Part shown: positions 60,211 through 64,000 of the stretch, one piece after another
Layout of the letters: the number at the start of each line of letters is the position of its first letter
Numbering within the stretch: the first letter of the stretch is position 1
Source: Phoronis australis
Taxonomy: Eukaryota; Animalia; Phoronida
Assembly: GCA_002633005.1 (NCBI GenBank)
Contig: NMRA01000331.1
Coordinates: 342,267 to 406,266, forward strand
DNA length: 64,000 nt
Direction: 5' to 3'
The notes under the pieces: generated by a model
The model's database searches: none
The model's input: only the letters and a program-made list of their open reading frames with translations
Told to the model about the DNA's origin: nothing
Program-made: the position numbers and the translations under genes

Positions 60211-62282
60211 AACTGAATGTGCTATCGCTTGCTCGAAAAGTCTTCATTATTTTGTTTTATTAGCAATATCCCATGATTCGTTTGCATATGTAGCGTATTA
60301 ATTTTATAGTTTGTAGTTAGTGGTCATTATGTTAAGATAGCATTGGCGGTCGAACCTAGGAACCAATATGAGTTGAACCAATTTTTTTTGTTTTGATTTT
60401 TTTTTCTTGTTTTGAAAAAGTACTTTGCTATCGTCGGTAAGGTAGTGCATTCTTCTCAGTAAAAATCGAAAAAGTATCTAAATCGGGGCTAGCAGTGCAA
60501 AGTTATTGCAATTTTTGTGGCGAAATTTGGGTCACTTTGTTTGGATCGCGTCGGCCATATTGGAGGACAGCGGGATAAGTTACGGGTTTAAAACTTTGTG
60601 TGAATTGTTTTCGCCAACAATTAACGGTGAAATTTAGTGAGACATATGTTTACTTACTATTCAGCACGATTCAATAGTGTTCACCAAAATTCAGCCTCGC
60701 AGTTGTTACTCATTAAGTGATAAATGTGCTCACAATTCCCGTTGGACTTCGTCTCATATGTGGCTGCACCGACGACATGGCGACTTTTGCTGAACTGGAA
60801 GGCTTGTTCAACCTGTTACTTTGTAATTTGTGAAGATTTAACGTTGATAGATTTTGACAAACGTTGCTACAAAAAAGGAACTTAGTTCAATTTTCGTGTT
60901 TTTAGTGCAAAAATTTAAGATATATTCGAACTATTTTACTGTGAATGTCCCATTCAGGTGACCTTACACTGAGCTAAAAAATAGTTGAAATAATTTTGAA
61001 ATGGTTTTTTGTTTGACTGTCAACTGCTATTCAAGGCTTGATTAGGTTTCACAAAATGATTCATATTTTCTAAATTTTAAGTCTCAATTGCTTTCAAGTA
61101 CTTATTGCTTCTTATTCAGGTTATCAAGTCAACAATATGAATAATCTTAATTTGAGAAATAAGCTATGTTGGATTGTGAAGCTTCAAGCCTCCAATTCTT
61201 GTTCCTTGGAACTTCATATTTTTTAATCATGCTTGTCAAATTCTGGTGTAAAGAAACACTATACGGTCACCATGGTAATAGTTACATGTATGTCCACGTT
61301 CATATCATGTAAACTTTTGCTGTTGAATAGTGTTTGTAATGCTAAATGTTGTAAAGTAATGTGCATTTTAAGTTACTTATTATGTTAAAAGGTTGAATCA
61401 TTTTGGCTTAATGAATAAAAAATACCATTTTGTATTGGACTTGTCATACTTTTGTGCTCGAACGAGCCCCCTATTTGGAGAAATGGAAAAAGGTCTGCCT
61501 CAGTCAGCATGAACTTCGAAAAAAGTCGAAAACGAGACAATATTCCACTAGAAGACAGGAAGTACCAAAATTTAGCGTCTGCTATTCATAGCTCTGAACA
61601 TACCCAGTGAATCTTATAGTAAAAGATAGACATTCTCAAAAATTCCAGCCCCCCATTTTTTAGGCTTGGAGCGCTTATACAAAGTCTGGGAAAATCTCTG
61701 TTGAACGCCAACATTTTTGCACAGTTCGCCAGAAGTACCCAAGTTCTAAATAAACCTCGTTTGAGAGACCGCTGTGGCCAGCGACCAGGTAGGCCTAAGG
61801 GTAGCCTTGATGCAAAGCAGTATAGGCCTACTAAGAAGCTGTAGTTAGTCTTTATACTGGTAGCTGGCACTGAGGCTAGCTAAGGGCTGCCGTGGCAGTT
61901 GGACAGGACTACGGTAACCAGCCCGTAATATTATGCAAGTGTCTGAAACTACCTTTGAATGTATACGGCATTTATGATTTGAGCATTTTACTTTGACAAA
62001 ACAGCTTGCAACCGCATGCCTTTACCATTCACCAGTGTCTGGTCTCGATCCGCACCGGGTCCGATAGGCTGCGGTCCCGAGCCGGTCAGTCCGGCAAAAT
62101 AATTTCTGTCAAAATTTATTCGCCACATGTCTTCAGCAAATTCGATAAAATTGTCCGTATTTTGATTTTATTAAAATTAAGGCGCGCTGTCGATTATTTT
62201 ATCCCCATTTGCAACCTGGTAAGAGGCACTCGTCCATTCACACTGACGGTGTTGTCTTAGCCTGGGTTCCTGAATGAATTGT

Positions 62283-62360
62283 ACTTCCGGGTTCGTGGTA
62301 AATTCAAAATGGCGGTGGTTCTTCGGGAGTGGCGCGTTCATTTAAACTTTTTCCGAGTAC
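62283..62360 (+). promoter_or_regulatory. Candidate XPNPEP1 housekeeping-type promoter and non-coding exon
   Basis: ACTTCCGG (ETS) at 62283 and AAAATGGCGG (YY1) at about 62306 in a CpG-richer patch about 0.9 kb upstream of the splice acceptor at 63184. Confidence 0.45.
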
Positions 62361-63192
62361 GGATCGTGTATTAGTTATGGGTTAAGTACTTCTTGGATCC
62401 TTATAACATCCTCTAACCATATAATAAGGGTTAACAACGTGCCACACCAGGACTTTAAGGGCGATGAAGGAGGTTGTTTCACTGTTGACATATGTAAATT
62501 ATCGATTTCAGGGTTCAGGACAGAGTTTTGTTTCATCCCTTATAGGTGGCATCAGTTCTCAACAACAATTCGAATTCTTAGCCACCAGTCGCCGCCTCTT
62601 TCCTCTAGACTAATGGCAGTTCATGGCAGCCAGAAAATACATCATATTCACAGTGACCTTCAAATCATGCTTCACGGCATATGAATAATGCCAGTTTCAC
62701 ATTCATGTGAATCGAAAATGACATTTCACACAACACAAAAATCCTCACCCCTTTCAGCTTTACTAAATATCTGTGTTTTGACTTGTTTGATTTGATTCTG
62801 TCTGCTACTTCTCCGAGAAGATGGTTTGTTTGGAATAAACTGAAATGTTGGATATATGTCAATCTTCACCTGTGCGCTTGTGATTAGACTTTTACTGAAT
62901 CTACGTATGGATTTCTCCATAAATTCTCAGGACATGTCGAGCATTATGGGGCAACTGAACTATTGCTTTCAAGTTTATAACTAGCACCTATAAGTAGTCA
63001 ATGTCATTTGATTCAATGCTGCAAATTGATGGATCATGTCTTCATAGATTGCATTATTTTCCTTGGCATATTATTGACTACATACAACAGTACTATGTTA
63101 CAAGTCTTGTTTTGAAAAAGTGTGTTTTGCCGGTAACTGACAAAATTAAAAAAATATATATTAAAAAACTTATTTCTTTTTCCAGCTTCATC

Positions 63193-64000
63193 ATGTCTGC
63201 CAAGAGCACAACTCATGTGATACGGAAGTTGAGAGGTCTTATGAAGAATGGCAACTTTGTCAACGAACATATCCACGCTTACATCATACCCTCAGGAGAT
63301 AATCACCAGAGTGAATACATTGCTCCTTGTGATTGCCGTCAGGAGTATGTCACCAGATTCAGCGGTTCAGCGGGTACTGCCATCGTGACAGACTTGCATG
63401 CCGCCTTGTGGACGGATGGGAGATACTTCCTCCAGGCTGAAAAGCAGTTGGATGAAAACTGGACGCTAATGAAAGAGGGTCTTAAAGAGACACTGTCGAA
63501 AGAAGACTGGCTTGGCAAGATGCTTCCACCAGGTGGCCGTGTTGGCGTGGACCCTCAACTCTTGTCATTTGAGTCATGGGAGACTTTGTCAGAATCGTTA
63601 AAATCTAACGGACACCTTTTAGTGCCAGTGTCCCAAAATCTTGTTGACGTCTTCTGGGATGACAGACCCAATCAGCCATACAGCCCATTAATGGTCCTAC
63701 CTGAGAAATACACTGGTAAATCATGGCAAGAAAAAGTGAAACTAGTACAGGAAAAGATGAGCGAAAAAGACGCATCCTTGCTTTTTCTCAGTGCCTTAGA
63801 TGAAATTGCTTGGCTTCTTAACTTACGGGGTTCGGATATCGACTACAATCCTGTCTTTATGTCATATGCTATTGTCACACTGGATTCCGTATGGTTTTTC
63901 ATAGATGAGAATAAGTTAGACAGTGGAGTGGTATCCCACTTGGGATTAAAAAATGCCAACAATGATCAACTTGTGAAAGTTCACATTCATCCTTATGAGG
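63193..64000 (+). CDS. XPNPEP1: Xaa-Pro aminopeptidase 1 (cytosolic aminopeptidase P), partial; runs off the window
   Basis: Uninterrupted frame MSAKSTTH...[19 protein letters not shown]...GSAGTAIVT...[25 protein letters not shown]...VGVDP...NLVD...[25 protein letters not shown] polypyrimidine tract and AG acceptor end at 63185. Confidence 0.95.
   Translation, partial: MSAKSTTHVIRKLRGLMKNGNFVNEHIHAYIIPSGDNHQSEYIAPCDCRQEYVTRFSGSAGTAIVTDLHAALWTDGRYFLQAEKQLDENWTLMKEGLKETLSKEDWLGKMLPPGGRVGVDPQLLSFESWETLSESLKSNGHLLVPVSQNLVDVFWDDRPNQPYSPLMVLPEKYTGKSWQEKVKLVQEKMSEKDASLLFLSALDEIAWLLNLRGSDIDYNPVFMSYAIVTLDSVWFFIDENKLDSGVVSHLGLKNANNDQLVKVHIHPYE

Overview
Animal (invertebrate-type) genomic DNA, AT-rich, with two assembly gaps and dominated by nested, mostly decayed transposable elements. 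Only two host genes can be supported. On the minus strand, EXOC2/Sec5 has two coding exons (8062-8194 and 7587-7757) encoding the N-terminal IPT domain. On the plus strand, XPNPEP1 (aminopeptidase P) starts at 63193 and runs off the window with no coding intron in 808 bp. Candidate divergent YY1/ETS promoters at about 60.2 kb (-) and 62.3 kb (+) suggest that about 52 kb of TE-filled DNA is the first intron of EXOC2. Retroelements: three copies of a Gypsy lineage (the two that retain RT carry LADD rather than YxDD), two further Gypsy relics, two solo LTRs, a full-length Copia with LTRs and TSD, a Penelope-like element and LINE fragments. DNA elements: Helentron-associated elements with tandem arrays, Helitron-like ends, TA-inserting elements, 5-bp-TSD MITEs, a 64-bp 9-bp-TSD MITE, and three non-autonomous Kolobok elements that keep only the convergent N-terminal heads of the THAP transposase and of the P2X7-ballast-like KolX gene. 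All calls were made by eye, without database searches.
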